Positions 63,961 to 64,000 of a stretch of 64,000 nucleotides of DNA are shown one piece after another. Location of the stretch: positions 15,474,178 to 15,538,177 of the forward strand of contig NC_069004.1 of assembly GCF_001194135.2 (NCBI RefSeq), given 5' to 3'. The notes beneath the pieces were generated by a model, which saw nothing but the letters and a program-made list of their open reading frames with translations, was not told the origin of the DNA and did not search any database. How positions within the stretch are numbered: position 1 is the first letter of the stretch; every line of letters starts with the position of its first letter. The DNA comes from Octopus bimaculoides (taxonomy: Eukaryota). Made by a program: the position numbers and the translations under genes.

Positions 63961-64000
63961 CTGTGTGTGTGTGTGGGGGGGGGGGGGGGTTATTAGTCCC

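Overview
This is eukaryotic animal DNA, not prokaryotic. It is AT-rich and saturated with microsatellites, tRNA-headed SINEs, RTE/Penelope/CRE retroelement remnants and DNA-transposon MITEs, with about 5 kb of N gaps. The repeat landscape looks like an octopus genome; that is my inference, not a database result. Two spliced genes can be rebuilt by hand, both on the + strand. (1) PSMB7, proteasome beta-2: coding exons 2-8 lie at 914-7337, all GT-AG with matching phases and an intact catalytic set; exon 1 is upstream of the window. (2) A complete 365-aa class A peptide GPCR (orexin/allatotropin/NPFF/SIFamide/CCK neighbourhood, ligand unknown) with two coding exons, 43950-44346 and 60049-60749, separated by a 15.7-kb intron. 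The most interesting non-genic signals are: small microsatellite-embedded elements carrying minimal hammerhead-ribozyme folds, two of which share an unusual CUGUUGA core; a 2.2-kb inverted repeat enclosing a Penelope fragment inside the GPCR intron; a 28-bp minisatellite with a 167-bp higher-order period rich in AP-1, E-box and GATA motifs; and a perfect 70-bp palindrome beside a second hairpin. I found no CRISPR array, rRNA or true tRNA gene. Most ORFs in the supplied track are microsatellite or gap artefacts. Repeat boundaries are by eye and approximate unless a target-site duplication (TSD) or terminal inverted repeat (TIR) is given.
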